Notes under the pieces: model-generated
The model's input: only the letters and a program-made list of their open reading frames with translations
Databases searched by the model: none
Told to the model about the DNA's origin: nothing
From: Haplodiscus bocki
Taxonomy: Eukaryota
Assembly (NCBI GenBank): GCA_965655095.1
Contig: OZ296649.1
Coordinates: forward strand, 58,962,001 to 59,026,000
Direction of reading: 5' to 3'
DNA: 64,000 bases
Shown here: positions 15,301-28,210 of the stretch, one piece after another
Numbering within the stretch: the stretch's first letter is position 1
Layout of the letters: each line of letters starts with the position of its first letter
Position numbers and translations under genes: made by a program

Positions 15301-15500
15301 ACCTTCTTCAGAACCTGATTGGGATAAATTTTTGGTTTGAAAACAAACAACTATTATTACCGCGCACGTTGGATGACGTTTTTCGAAGTGAAATTGATCG
15401 AAAAAGACCATAAATTATTGTAATTTTTTTGCAAAAACAGCGGTATAGAAAAATTGAAAAGTTGCGAGGGTAAGATGACAATGTTTTGGGCAGACAATTT
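12400..15500 (+). mobile_element. Highly decayed Gypsy-type pol remnant
   Basis: DG..C.DY-like (~12937-12970), GYxxV...EITA-like (~13020), YRP(G) (~14404) and integrase-like TT.Y...D remnants (~15350). No open frame. Confidence 0.3.
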
Positions 15501-16399
15501 GTTTAAACGCATGAAAAGTGCTTTACAGAGAGCAGCAAAACAAAAACTGGGGATTCTACACAGAGTGCAAAGTTGTCTACGTTGAACATAAAAGACTTTA
15601 GGAAAACATTACGCGACGAACAGCGAGCTATCAACCTTAATCAGAAGTTGAAACAGCTCTGCAAATGGAGATTTCCAGAGGACGAAAAAATTAGTAATGT
15701 TTATGAAATGATCATGCTCTTTAACCCACACGCCAGGGGACAAATGGACATCGTGTCGACAAATATTTGAAGCGCAAGCACCTTCGATACCCAAATCCGT
15801 GATTCAACAGAATGTCGTAGATGACTATATACTTATAACTGTTTTTGTAGGAGATAATAACAGAGAAAATAGGACGAAGAGTGGTGGTGTCCCATGTTCA
15901 GGCATATTTGACTCTGCTCAAACACCCGCGCCGTTCGCCTTCCAAATGAGAAATTTGCTCAAGGCAATCTCGACGGATGATTGGTAGTCGTGCAAAATGA
16001 ATTGAATGAACAAATCTCAACTGAACCTGAGGAAAGTTGATCTGATCTAATAAAGGTTTAATGGTTATGAGCCGGAAGTTGTTTGCTTGGGGATTAGAAA
16101 GAACGAATCATCACTATTTCTCACACACCTCGTAAGGAACAATTGGTATGGTGGCCCACCTAAGCAATTGACATGTTGGAAAGACTCTAGTGATTAAGAA
16201 TTGCAAAGTATTCCCAAGAGAAAAAAATTGACAGAAGCTCAACTGGAGCATTGAGTTGCTATTTTCCGAAAAAGACGACGAGAACTGATCTTGTTTGCTC
16301 ATAATAGTTTAGTAGATCTGAGCTTGCACTAGAGAAATTCAATTAACTTCCTGCGATGGATCCACCCAGCAAACAAGATTGCACGGGAAATTCTGGATT

Positions 16400-18400
16400 C
16401 CACCACGATCTATAATCAGCGGTGAAATGTTGAAGAAATTAGGAGACTGGCTGACACCGGGACTTAAGGAATGTCAGTTGAAGCTTTCAAGGTTGGCCGG
16501 TAGCCCACAAGGACGGTATTAATGACATACACACAAACGTCATGGCCAACGAAAACTGGAAAGTTGAAGAGGGCTGTAAAACCTGTTGTAAAAAGTGTGG
16601 AAAACCACCAACTTAATCAGAAAAATTGAGTTCAGACACGCAACAAACCAAAATTTTTTTGTCAGCTAACATCGAAGAAAAAGGAAAAGGTACGCAAAGA
16701 AGCAGTGGAGGAGTGGATCGCAATTAAACTTTTTTACTGAATCGGATAAGGAAACAAGTCTTCGGGAGCCTGCGAAACGCTATCAAAGGAGCAACCATTG
16801 GCTGCCGCAAATCAAATGAACAAAATCACCTTCTCTGGGAAAGAATGGACCGTCACGACGAAAAGAACAACCTTCGAATGCCGAGTTGAGCTATGGAAGA
16901 AATATCAAAGTTTTCCGTCAAAATTACGTGATTTTTGGACTGATCAGAGAAGCGCAACAGATGAACCTATCAGAACAAATCGAAAGTGTTCAAAAGCAAG
17001 GGCGTTGGTTATCTAGACAGCTAAATTCATTGGAAAAAGTCAAAGTCAAGGTGTTTTTTTTTGAAGATTGGGGAGCATAGAGATGAAAAATCTCAGCAAT
17101 TAATGGCTGGTGTGCTACCAGAAAGACTTTCGCTCCTTTTCAGAATCACACCCACTGTTGATTTGGTCAATTGAATAAACATTTATGTGTTAGACGATGA
17201 AGAGATGGCGTTCCATTTTTACAGGTTTTAAAACAGGGGCAGTGCTACAATGATAGATGTTTCGTCATTGGAGTCAGCTTCATTTGTAGGTGGCATTACG
17301 CGATTTGTTGCCGGAGGAGGTGGACTGGCCATCCTTCTGAACAAGGATGGGTCGATTTTTCATTTTCACCCAAGGAAATGAGTGAATGCTTCAATGCATG
17401 GAATCAGTCGAAGAAAATGGAAGCCTTCGCACTTCAGGAAATCAAAAGGAAACTCCATCCAAAACACTTGACACTTGGAAGAATTGGGCCATAAATTGTT
17501 CAAAAACTCCTGTTTTTTTCTTTTTATATCCAGAGAACTCAACTTGATCTTCCTCAATGCCTTTAGTTGTCGAAGTAACCAACATTTTTGCCCAAGAACA
17601 CTCCTGATATTTTGACAGGTTCGTTTGATATTATCCTTTGATCAATCTGAAAACCACGTATTTCTTCACTGCATGGTTTGGGGTTGAAGGAAAGCCATGT
17701 GAATGAATTTAACGGGAGACGATACTCTCTTCTTAACAGCAGACTTTACTATGTTCTTGTGAAAGCGTTTTGACTAGCAGCGGAGGAAATTAATGCCAGG
17801 TTATTGGCTATACTTGGTGATGATAAAGAAAGTCTACAGGAACCCACATCGAATCATTTACTTTTAGGTAGAGCTGGCTTAGCCGCTTTCTGCCCCAGAC
17901 GCACAACAATATGAAGACTTACGATGACGGTTTTGAACAGCACCAGCTTCCTCACATTTAGAATTGACTCAATGGAGCAAAAAGTGCAAGTAATGAATGG
18001 AACACAGATGATAAGTGACGACTGAAACCGGGACGAAAAACATTGGAGTCGCATTTGGTACTACCATATCAGGATTCAGTCCTTTTTGATCAGGAAACAC
18101 GTAGTGTTCTACAAAGCTCCGCAGTTCTAAACAACGAAGTCAGGGCTTCTTGAAACCTAGTCGGGCGAAAAGATCAGGCATCTTTTAAGAGGTGGGTTTT
18201 TGAGTTTCAAGTAATTCCAATGTTATTGAAGGTCAACTTGTCAGCGCTCTAGCAAAATGATCTCCAAGAAAAAAGATTTTCACCGCCAAGCACCCTTCCT
18301 TCAGTGATTGCTGGTTTTTGGCAAAAACCCCGTCATCGGTTTTTTGAAGGGATGATAGTTCAACAGCGCTCAAGAATCGAGATCGAAAACTTGACACTGA
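16400..18400 (+). mobile_element. Highly decayed Gypsy-type pol remnant
   Basis: S.xASP..K..NKIT RT N-terminal-like segment (~16755-16830) and TPY.xQS-like integrase motif (~18060). Confidence 0.25.
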
Positions 18401-19776
18401 CTAAATGAATCTCTCCGTCAGCCAAGGCTCATACCTTTCGGTTTAACATTCACGTTTTTAGTCGAATGTTTTGTTTTCTTTTATCAATACTCTCTCACAG
18501 CTGAAGCTTTGAAATTCTTCCGGATTGTGATTTCCTTTTTCAAAATATATGTTACCGTGATTAGTGTCTTTTTTGACACTGAAAGTTAACTAGTTATTCA
18601 TTTTACCGTAACAGTTCGTGGCTCAGTCATACTTCACAATCATTTGTTTTCAGGGACTCAACAGGAAAAATAGTACACCTTTCAGTCGCTCATTTCGAGC
18701 ATTCCGGGCTCTAGAAAAGTTCGACCTGCACAAAGCTCGAGCTTTTCAAACTTTTACACAGGCAACTTCACATAAAAATCTTACTTAAACGTCCGAGAAG
18801 CCGAACACTGTTTTTTTTAGTCTTTAGCAACTCTAGAAAACATTCCTGAAAACACTTTGTGAAACTCGAAAAATTCATCTTGCTACCTAAGCAAGAAACT
18901 CCTCGAGACAGTATGATTCACGTCCAATCATCGGTTTTAAAAATATATCCAAACCACATTCCCAAGCCAATCGCACCTGCACACTATCCGAAAAACTCGA
19001 AAAAATGGCTGTGTTGCAAACTCAATTTGGTTGACCACGTAAAGGATCTTGAAAAAGCCTAAAAGGAACCCTTCCAAAAAACATTTCGTTGAAACGCTAC
19101 GATAAACCAAACATAACAACACTGCAAGTGTTGTTCAAGATTGCTATCTGATGCTTAGCTTGCAATCTTTTCTTTCCTACATATGATTGATTAGCAAACA
19201 GTTTCAAAAAACTAAAGCAAGGTTTACTTGAGATTCCTGCTTTGGCACTTTCAAACTTAATTCAGTTTAAATTCAGTGGAAGGTAAGTTGTCGGAGCTTC
19301 TCATGCTTTCCGATAAGCAGAAAAATGAATTTTCAGGATGTTACCACCACTCCCAAGACGGTAGTAGGAAAGTCTGTACAAAAGAAATTGTGACGCTTTA
19401 AAGAATTACCAAAAATACTCGTCATGCAAGTTGACGGAGAGAATTTTTTAAAACGGTAAGCTACTTTGCCACAACAGTCAACAATTTGAATCATTTAGGC
19501 GATCGTTTTTTCTATCCACAACACCTCAAATTTTGAAGACGTAGCAAAAATTCAGGTTGAAAAACGACGTCAGTTACCGGTCACACAGCAAACGCAAAGT
19601 TTTTTTCTGTAAGTGGGTTGCCGAGCCAAATGGCGAAGGATTGTTTGGCAACCCAAACCGACATATAAGACTTGAAGCACAAAAATGACTCACCAAAAAG
19701 GCAAAGTATACTGCCTTTGCCACAAAAAAACCAAGTTTTACACAAAAAATCACCAGGAAAAAAAGCAGAGCCATTG

Positions 19777-19976
19777 NNNNNNNNNNNNNNNNNNNNNNNN
19801 NNNNNNNNNNNNNNNNNNNNNNNNNNNNNNNNNNNNNNNNNNNNNNNNNNNNNNNNNNNNNNNNNNNNNNNNNNNNNNNNNNNNNNNNNNNNNNNNNNNN
19901 NNNNNNNNNNNNNNNNNNNNNNNNNNNNNNNNNNNNNNNNNNNNNNNNNNNNNNNNNNNNNNNNNNNNNNNNNNNN
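19777..19976. other. Scaffold gap (200 N)
   Basis: Run of exactly 200 N. ORFs spanning it are artefacts, and the two flanks need not be truly adjacent. Confidence 0.99.
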
Positions 19977-20750
19977 CCTTGTTTTGCAACAAGAAAGGAT
20001 TTTTCAATAGAATTTAATTCTTCGTTTTTGGTTGTTTGCATAGTTAGATTTGTTCTCATTATAAAATCATCAAAAGTGACATCAACGAAAAAATTTGCTG
20101 GTATATATTTTCTCGAAGTTTTGTTAATGTCTACTACTTCATAACAACTTGGTAATAACGTAACAACTTCTTCTTTGTTCTTGATAGATTTCATTCCGAT
20201 TAAGGATTTTAATTCATCAAAGGTCCAGTTTATTCCAATTACCACATCTTAGACTCCAAAATCATCAACTCCACCATTTTCTCGACTGAAGTTTTGACTT
20301 TATTTTCTCTACGGACTTCATAATCAGGATCTGATAAAGTGAAAAAAAGTAATTATATCCCAGTTTTCAATTTTTTTTCACTTCCCGTGTTTTTAAAGTG
20401 TTTTGTAAATGATATATTTCATGCTTCTCTCCCAAGTTTGAATAAATTGTTTTTTCTTCCAAGATTTCTAGGATCTTCATTATGGCTGGGGGTACAAAAT
20501 AAAACTATAAACAATATTGTTTTTTTTTCGCTTTTGTCAGAAGCACAGTCATAAACTTCTAATAGTCACACTTACATGTCAAATAAGTTTTGGCTTCAAA
20601 AGACAGATTATTCAGAATGTTTCTAAAGATTTACTCATTTTATTTTCCAAAGTTTCTTGTGGTCTTGCTTTTGTTCATACAACGATTGTATTGGTTATGT
20701 TTTCAACTAGGAGTTGTATCTCATCCGCGTTTTTTAAGTTGTTTTATTAT
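19977..20750 (-). pseudogene. Putative Polinton minor capsid/penton-like gene, disrupted
   Basis: Reads ...EIQLLVENITNTIVV*TKARPQETLENKMSKSLETF...LEVYD...NN... then TLLPSCYEVVDINK...VDVTFDDFIMRTNL. This resembles the W/LEV.N and LPPG.YE..DIN pattern of Polinton-type minor capsid proteins. The assignment is from memory of the family, not a search. Confidence 0.4.
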
Positions 20751-20944
20751 CTTTAAAGGTTAAACAGATACCTTCTCTATGAAGCTTTTATTGCGTTCGC
20801 GTAGCGAACGGTCAGTTTCGCTCAAATCTCTGGCAATGGATTTTCGTGTGTAGTTGCGTTTGATTTGTTTTTCAAGTGCAGTGATATCAGTTGGCTTGTC
20901 ACTGACAATTTTCACATGATTATCAATTTTCTATTTCCTCAATG

Positions 20945-21357
20945 TCAATTTTTACTTTGAAACAAATGTAAATCGGCAGATTCAAAAAAAAATTTTAATA
21001 AGTGAGTCAAGTAAAAAGTGTAAAAACAAGAAGCACAAAACATGAAGCGCTGTCTCTTCCTTGCATTTTGTTCTCTGAAAAAACTTTCTTGTTGTTCTAT
21101 TGATATAATCCGATAATGACTTTGGTAGTGAAAATCTATATGAATCAAAACTTGAATCATTCATATATAAAACCCAATGTTTGCCTTCAGTTGGGTGTAA
21201 ATCTAAAATTGTAACTTTTGTTGTAATTTGACAATCTCGCATGTATTTAATTGTTTTTTTCCTAATTTGTTTAGTACTTCAAACCATTTTTTATTCGATG
21301 TAGTTTTTGTTCAAATAGTTTTTGGAAATGAAATTAATAGAAGAAATTGTCATCATT
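20945..21357 (-). pseudogene. Adenain-family (Polinton PRO) cysteine protease, frameshifted
   Basis: ILDLHPTEGKHWVLYMNDSSFDSY matches the GxHW...FDSY His/Asp motifs. In adjacent frames it is followed by ENKMQG (Gln) and FCASCFYTFYL (catalytic Cys region). Confidence 0.75.
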
Positions 21358-22229
21358 AGTTATGTAAATCTAATTCTCCTGTTCGCCATTTCTTGAAGGC
21401 AATGCAATGTTTAAAATTTTCAGTTTTGTTATCGAAACGATCAAATAAACCGACACTATAAAGTTATTATTTCGTTGCCTTAATAGAAGCTTCAAAAAAA
21501 CAGTTTTCTTCTTAGTTTTTTGTTTTCTTAAACTTATTTAAAAATTATCAAAGGCTTTTGAAGATGATTCTACACTTTCATTTACTGTCTTATTAGCTTC
21601 TGCCAATTTCTTATTATCAGTTTTCAAGTCGCTACGTTTTTTTACAACTTCTTTTTTACTTTGTTGAAGTTCGCTTCACTCAATTTTTTTCTTTAGGTTC
21701 GTTTTTTTCTCTATCATGTTTTCATATTGAAAAATGTCTGTTACGCAAAAAATATATTTTTCCTCACTTCTACCAAAATCGTTATAGCTGACATAACGCT
21801 TTTTTTCGTCATTTATGATTTTGATAAAGGTCTTTCCATTAAACTCATTATTTGGTCAGCCTTTCCTTGAGTATTCATTTTTTTCATTTTTTTTCTTTGT
21901 TTTTAATTAACAATTTTTTGTCAAAATCATCCAACTTTCTATATATGTTTTTCTGTTTACCATCCCATAATGGCATTTTGGTTATTTCAAATTTTTTTAT
22001 AATAGCCGGTAGCCTTGCTAATTATTCTACACTTTCTTTAAATTGAGTTAGTAACGAATGAGGTTTATGATCTTCTAAATCTCGTTTCATCTCCCCTCTG
22101 ATTTTTTTTCATTTGATGCAAGTTGGATTGTATTTGCATTTTTTATAAATATTTTTACTGTTTTCAAAGAATTTCATTCCAGTTTCAAAATTTAAGTTCA
22201 ATTCTTGCATTTTTCTTACTTTTTTTTCT

Positions 22230-22450
22230 AAATTACGGACTGTTCATGTTTATATCATGTCCATATCGTTTAATTGTTGAATCAGTGTAGCCCAGTTTTT
22301 TTTACAATTTGCTTTTGTGTAGAATTTGAATTAGTAGTTTTTGTTTCCAATTTTTTCATCATTATTTTCAGTTTATACGATCGTAGTATAAAGTTTGGGT
22401 CAACATTTTTTGATTTAGAAATTGAACCTATGGAAAAAGGAGAGGACAAC
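22230..22450 (-). pseudogene. Small helix-turn-helix DNA-binding protein of the Polinton-like element
   Basis: SKSKNVDPNFILRSYKLKIMMKKLETKTTNSNSTQKQIVKK/LGYTDSTIKRYGHDINMNSP, with one frameshift in an A-run. Fits the TQxxIxxxLGxSxSTIxR HTH pattern. Confidence 0.55.
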
Positions 22451-23899
22451 TTTTATCATTATTATTAAAATTGTTTCGAAGAAGATGTTTTTGTTCAAGA
22501 CTTATTTCATGACTTTTACTGTAGGCTGAAAGTGTCTTCGTCTCAATCAGAACAGTCATTTAAAATTGAATTTTTTCTATTTTTTAAAGAAAAGATGCCG
22601 GAACTGATGTACAACCAAAAATGTTATGGTGTGGAAGGGACTTGAAATTTAATAAAAAAATTAAAGAGTAAAATTAAAATTCGATTGATATGATAAAGTT
22701 AAACTTATATTATGAAAAACGAGTTCAAGAAAGTGTTATCAAAAACTTTACTTTGTTGCCTTTGCATTCAAAATGCACCTAATCCACCGACGGTTTGTTA
22801 TGTTATTTCTAAAGTTTTTACTCTTGGGAGGAAAATCTTCTGTTTCTCTATAATTTGTGATTTTTATAGTGAAATGGAAATTCAAAAATCTCTTGAAAGT
22901 ACAGGGGATCATTTTGAAATGCTGAACGTTATTTATGTTTTTGTATTAGAGCTTCTAATGTTTCTTGCAAAATATGTAAAGTTTTCCTTTTTAATTGTTA
23001 AATTGAAAGACATTTTCTAACAATAGAACACTCATTTTTAAAAATAGAAGTTTTTCCGAAGAACAAGTAACCGTTCTCACTGCTTCTATATCAGTGAATT
23101 GAGTGCTGACGTTCTCGAAGCGAACCGTCGGCGTTGGCAACGTTTTTGAGTACGCAGAAGAAAAGTTACACAAAATTGTATGTAAAAAAGGAGAAAGTTG
23201 ATAAAAATCAATCCTTCTGATCCTTCCAAAAACTAAATCCTTCTAAACTTTCCGGTTAAAAAAACACATGCAATATTGTTTTTGTAAATTTGTAATTTAT
23301 GCACTTGAAAATAATCGAATCCGAAAAGTGGAAAAGGGAATATATTTTGTTTTCTGTTTATAATTTAATTTTAAACAATTGCAATTCCACATATTTCCAC
23401 CAGAATCGATCAAAAAAGGCAGAAATTGCTGTTAGCTCAAAACAGTTGGTTGATACTAGTTTGGCACAAATTATTATGTTTCGACTGGCTTATGTTCAAC
23501 TAAAAGTTTAGTCAGGCTTTCCCGGTCTGAAATTGAAGACAATCGTGCTGCATTAGCTCAGAGTCAGTGGTGTATTCGGACGGGAGTATAAAAGTCAGTG
23601 CACCAGCGAATGTGTACAAAAACATATTGAAACGTTTTTTTTATCAGGAAAATGCTCGATGGAGTTGGCCAGTACATTTTTTTCATTCAAAATGCTCTAG
23701 CATAGAGTACGGCTAAAATATCGTCTCTTTACCTCTGCTATCAGAAATTTGTATGATTTTTTTGATTGAAAAGAGAAACTTTTTGTGCATATACAAAATA
23801 AACACATAAAGTTTTTCAGAAAACCATGTTTTTTTGAAAAAATGATTTGTGGTTCAGGAAAAACGTTTTCTTTTCAGTTATTTTATGATGGTATAGCAA

Positions 23900-25400
23900 G
23901 AAGCTTTTTTTGCGTGATTTTATGAAACAAAGTAGTACACGAAAACGGATTTCAGAATAAGGCTCAAAAATCCGTATTTTTCTAAAATATTAGCGGCGTT
24001 TGAAATTTTTTCCAAGTAGATTCTGCACTAATTTGATCGTCGTGGTGCATAACTAAAAGCACTTGGTTGATTCCCAACTTTTTACAAAACTTCTGGAATT
24101 TTTGGGAAAAACTATAGAGCCTGCTCTGTCTCAAAAGCTAACGGAAAATTTGAAAAAATAGAAAACAATCAGAAATCGCAGTTTCTTTAGGGTTGAATTC
24201 GTTTACCAAAAACTACAGGAGCCTATTTTTGCGGAGGAGTATGACAAGTAATTGTCTTCATTTCCTGTCGTAATCCTGATACGTCTAAAAAGCCAAAAAG
24301 TTCCATGGATATTGACATGTCTTGTTATTCAACTTCATTTTACTTCCACACTTCACGCTTCACTACTACCGGAAAAGTCAACGCGACCATCCTTTAGTTA
24401 TTAATACTAACAAATAGGATAATTGGGAAATAGACCACTGTGTGGAAATTTCATAACCCCAAAAAGCTGAAAAAATTATTTTTTATGAAAAATACGGTTA
24501 ATCAAACTCATATCTCTCCGTCATTTTTGACTTGATTTTTTCCATGAAGTTACTGATGGACAGTTTTAATGTCTGGAATTTTTCTCCAGTTAAAAGTCTT
24601 TGGTATGTGATTACTTGATTAACAGATTTTAATAGGTTGACCAAAAAGCGAAAAAGTGCTACTATTACTTTTCTGTTGACATTCAAGTTCAAATTTCTCA
24701 AGTTTTTTTGGTTTGCAACAAGATTAGCTATTGCGGAAGTAGCTCTATCGAAAACATCTACTATCTTAATGTGAGACTTTTCAACTCTGAAGGCAGAAAA
24801 ACAAGTCTTTTGACAGATTTCATGATATTTCGATGACTCAAATTTCTAGTGGAAACTCTCTTTTCCTACCAAACTAACACACTCCGTTGGCCTTTCAGAA
24901 CGTTCGAAAAACTTTGGATTTGATTTTTCTCCGGCAAAATCCAGAAAAACATGATTTGAATTCTCCCAAAATCTTTTTCCTGGAAAAAGTACACGTTTGA
25001 TTTTTATTTGTTTTTTAATGTGTCATTGTTTTCGCGACTGTGGTTCCTCAAGAACTAAGAAGAGAGAAAATCATTTTGGTTTTGCTGCGACATCTCGTTT
25101 ATGATACCTGAATGTCAGAAGTATGAAAAAGTTTTCTTTCTTGTAGTTCTTGAAAATCTTTCGTCTCCAGAAATATATTGTTGAATTAGCTCAGTTCATC
25201 ATGGCCCTTGTTGACAGCCTCATACTCGTCAAGTAGCTTTAAGAAAAGTCTAATTTTTTAAACACTTTGTTAAAGGCCTAAAATGCCAAAAACGTTATCA
25301 ATGAATACATGAAGTTTTACGATGTCTTAATTTCCCACGTTTGCGACCTTGAAACTTTCGTTGAAGAACTTGAGCTACATCCCATTTTGAGGAGGGTACT
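23900..25400 (-). mobile_element. Probable decayed LTR-retrotransposon RT remnant
   Basis: FRFLVNLLKSVNQV (24498-24701 ORF) resembles R.xVDYRxLNxV. Little other support. Confidence 0.2.
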
Positions 25401-25939
25401 GTACGTATCAGTATCTCAAGCAGGGTATATAAAACGACTCGAAGAGACGTAAGCTGTATTCGGAGGGTGTAAAAGCTTTAAGATCTGCGATAGTGTGAAG
25501 GTGTTGGAATTGTTGGAAATGATCAGCTGTGTTGCAGAGTAAAATTAAGGCTTTGGTGGCTGGTGTATTACTTACTGTTCCGCTCCTCTACAGTGATCTT
25601 GATCGTTTTCCTTATTTATTAAAAACTACTGGAGGGTGGCAAAATACTGCAGTGTGTGAATTTTTTGACTCTTTTTTTTGAGAATTTTTTTTGATTTATG
25701 TACTCCCTTTTCAGTATTCGCTCCAATCGAAACTTCCTGTGTCTCGTTCCTTTTGAATGATATAAATCCCTTCAGTCCAATGAAGTTGCAGGAGCGGGTA
25801 AGACTAATTTTTGTTTGAATGTAATTCACGCCATTGGCACATGATTCCGATGTTTTCCAAATAAGAAAGAAAGAAAGAAACTTTTATTCAAAAACAGATA
25901 GAGCATCCATTTTCACTAGAAAACATAAACATTATATCT

Positions 25940-28210
25940 GATAAGAACGCAGTATACGAGAGGGAAATAGTCTTAGTTCGTGCTCAAATTTGGTTGCCTC
26001 AACTGGTGGTCTTTTTTTTCGTAAACCGGACGTTCCTGTGGCTCTTTTTGGCAGTATTTCGTGGAGGACATGATTATCCCCTTGGTCAAGGATCTGTATG
26101 TATAGTTTTTCATCGGAGATACGAATGATGTCTTTTATTGGACTGTACTCGTTGATGATCCCAAGACGAACTGCTGAACTCTGTCAATCTTTCGGAGGTT
26201 CTCATCAGATGTTCCGCCCCACACTGAGCAGCAATACGTAAGTGTGGGTAATACCAGAGACTTATAAAGAAGTGTTAGTTCACGAATAGAGAACCCAATT
26301 CTCCTTAACCGAAAAACAACGTATAACTTGGCAGTGGCTCGTTTTGTGATGCATTTCACATTATCATTGAAACTCAACTTTTCGTCGAACAGGATGCCAA
26401 GTAAATTAACAGAAGACTTTCTGTCGATGCCAGAGATAAGTGGAACGTCATGTCGACCAAAATTCAACAGCATTTCGGAACCCAATGATGTATAATGACT
26501 GCGAGAAGTTAGAAAACACTTTAAAACGTCCACCACATATTCGTTAAGCAGAGGTACACATCGGGAGATTTCTTTGAAGATTTCCGAATGTTGAATAGTG
26601 TCGAAGGCCTTTGACATCTCCAGTGTAATAAGTCGAATATAGTTGTAATTTTTTCGCAGAGAATACACGTCATGAAGTAGGTTAATAAGGGCGCTGCACG
26701 TTGAACTATTCTGTTGAAAACCAAATTGTTTTGAGCAAATATACGTGCTATAGGGCTTCTTTATGTATTTATTGTATAGTATGCGTTCAAATAACCTCGA
26801 CAGTATTCGAGTGGCTGCAATTGGTCGAAAATGATTCGGAAGTGTTGGTCGAGCGACTTCTGGGATAGGTCTGATATTAGATATCTTGAAAAAGTCAGGG
26901 ACAGTGCGTGAGAGTAAGATAAGATTAAACAACGAGCAAATGAGTTCTGCTATAGTTTCAGCTGCGTAAGTAAATATCCAAAAGGGAAGACCACTAGATT
27001 CGTGTGACGTCCGTTTTTGTTCATCAAGATGATGATAAACCTCTAGAGGGTAAAAACAGGGGATTTCCCCTGTTGGAATTTCAATTTTCTCTAATTGTGG
27101 CTGGCCGTTAGGGTCATTTGAAAACGAATTGTAATACATATTAAGGTTATTCACATCAACGTTGACAGGCGAAGCATGTTTTTTATCTTTCGAAAGACTA
27201 TTGATATGTGTGCACCAGTTGCGGGAGTCAACTTTATCGAGAATTCGGCAGTTCTTCTGAACAAGTTTTCGAATACGCTCGTTCAAGTCTTTAACTTTAG
27301 CTGCATTTTGTTTGCGCAATTGTTTGTTTCGCTGTTTTATTAGCAGTTTGACGGCAGGGGTAACGGACAGTCACTTGGCGAGTTGGACTGGAGATGTGAA
27401 ATGCGGAATACATGATAGAATTTAATTGACACAGAGCTTCGTTGGGATCCATTGATCTGTACACACAAATATAATTCGCATCACGAAGAAGTTTGTAACA
27501 CATTTGGCGGCAACTTTCACGTTGGTCTATGAAATAGAAGACTTTTTTTCCATTCTTGGCAATCTGCAAAGAACATAATACTGAATCGTGGTCTGTTGAA
27601 ACAGTCGGAATAACGGTTTGAACTGTCGATATATTCCATAGGCAAGAAACTAAAAGTTTGTCGATAACTTTATTGTTATGTGTGGGTTCAAAATTGATCT
27701 GCGTCAGGTTGCACTCAGCATGGACATTGTCGGTGCAAAAATCATTGAATTCACCACACAGAATAAACTGCCAGTAGTTTTTTGAGCGGCAGAGATGTTC
27801 GTAAGCCTGAATCAAATATGCACAGAGATCCTTGTCATAATCGCAAAGGGGTGGGTAGTAGACAACACAAATAAGAGCACAGAGACACATAATATCGATT
27901 TCTAACCACAATACTTCGAATTCCTCCTTGTCTTGAGGGTTTATCTGGGTACATAAGAAATTGCTCCGAACATAGGAACATACCCCACCTCCATGGTTCT
28001 TTTTGAATTTTTTGCGGATCTGTCACAGCGAAAAAGATTCTAATTTGGAATTGAGACGAAAATATCGTCGATATCAGAATTTAGCCACGATTCCTTGACA
28101 AAACACCAGTCTATAGATTGTGCAGCAAGATCAGTGGATAAATGGAAAACAGCGTTGGGTTTCTTAACTGAACGAGCGTTAATCAACATCAAATTGCAAT
28201 ATGTTGGTTG
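25940..28210 (-). pseudogene. LINE ORF2 (APE endonuclease - reverse transcriptase), frameshifted and internally deleted
   Basis: Endonuclease motifs: LINARS, ESWL, RCDR, VVYYPP, CGEFN, IDKLL, STDH. RT motifs: FRPIA, QFGF, EMSKAFDTIQH, LLGILFD, PTLTYCCSVW. The GVPQGS/YADD block is absent. Confidence 0.9.

Larger units (their letters stand above)
19977..22500 (-). mobile_element. Maverick/Polinton-like (adintovirus-type) endogenous viral element fragment
   Basis: Very AT-rich block of compact, intronless, co-oriented minus-strand pseudo-ORFs, including an adenain-type Cys protease, an HTH protein and a putative minor capsid gene. Truncated by the gap. Confidence 0.7.

Noticed and set aside
607-19122. 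Numerous 60-130 aa ORFs in the track
   Set aside because: Lengths and composition are as expected by chance in AT-rich repeat DNA, many use non-ATG starts, and none shows a recognisable host domain.
19574-20245. Long ORFs of 85-223 aa around the N run
   Set aside because: Their length is inflated by 200 N. Only the part right of the gap on the minus strand looks like real coding remnant.
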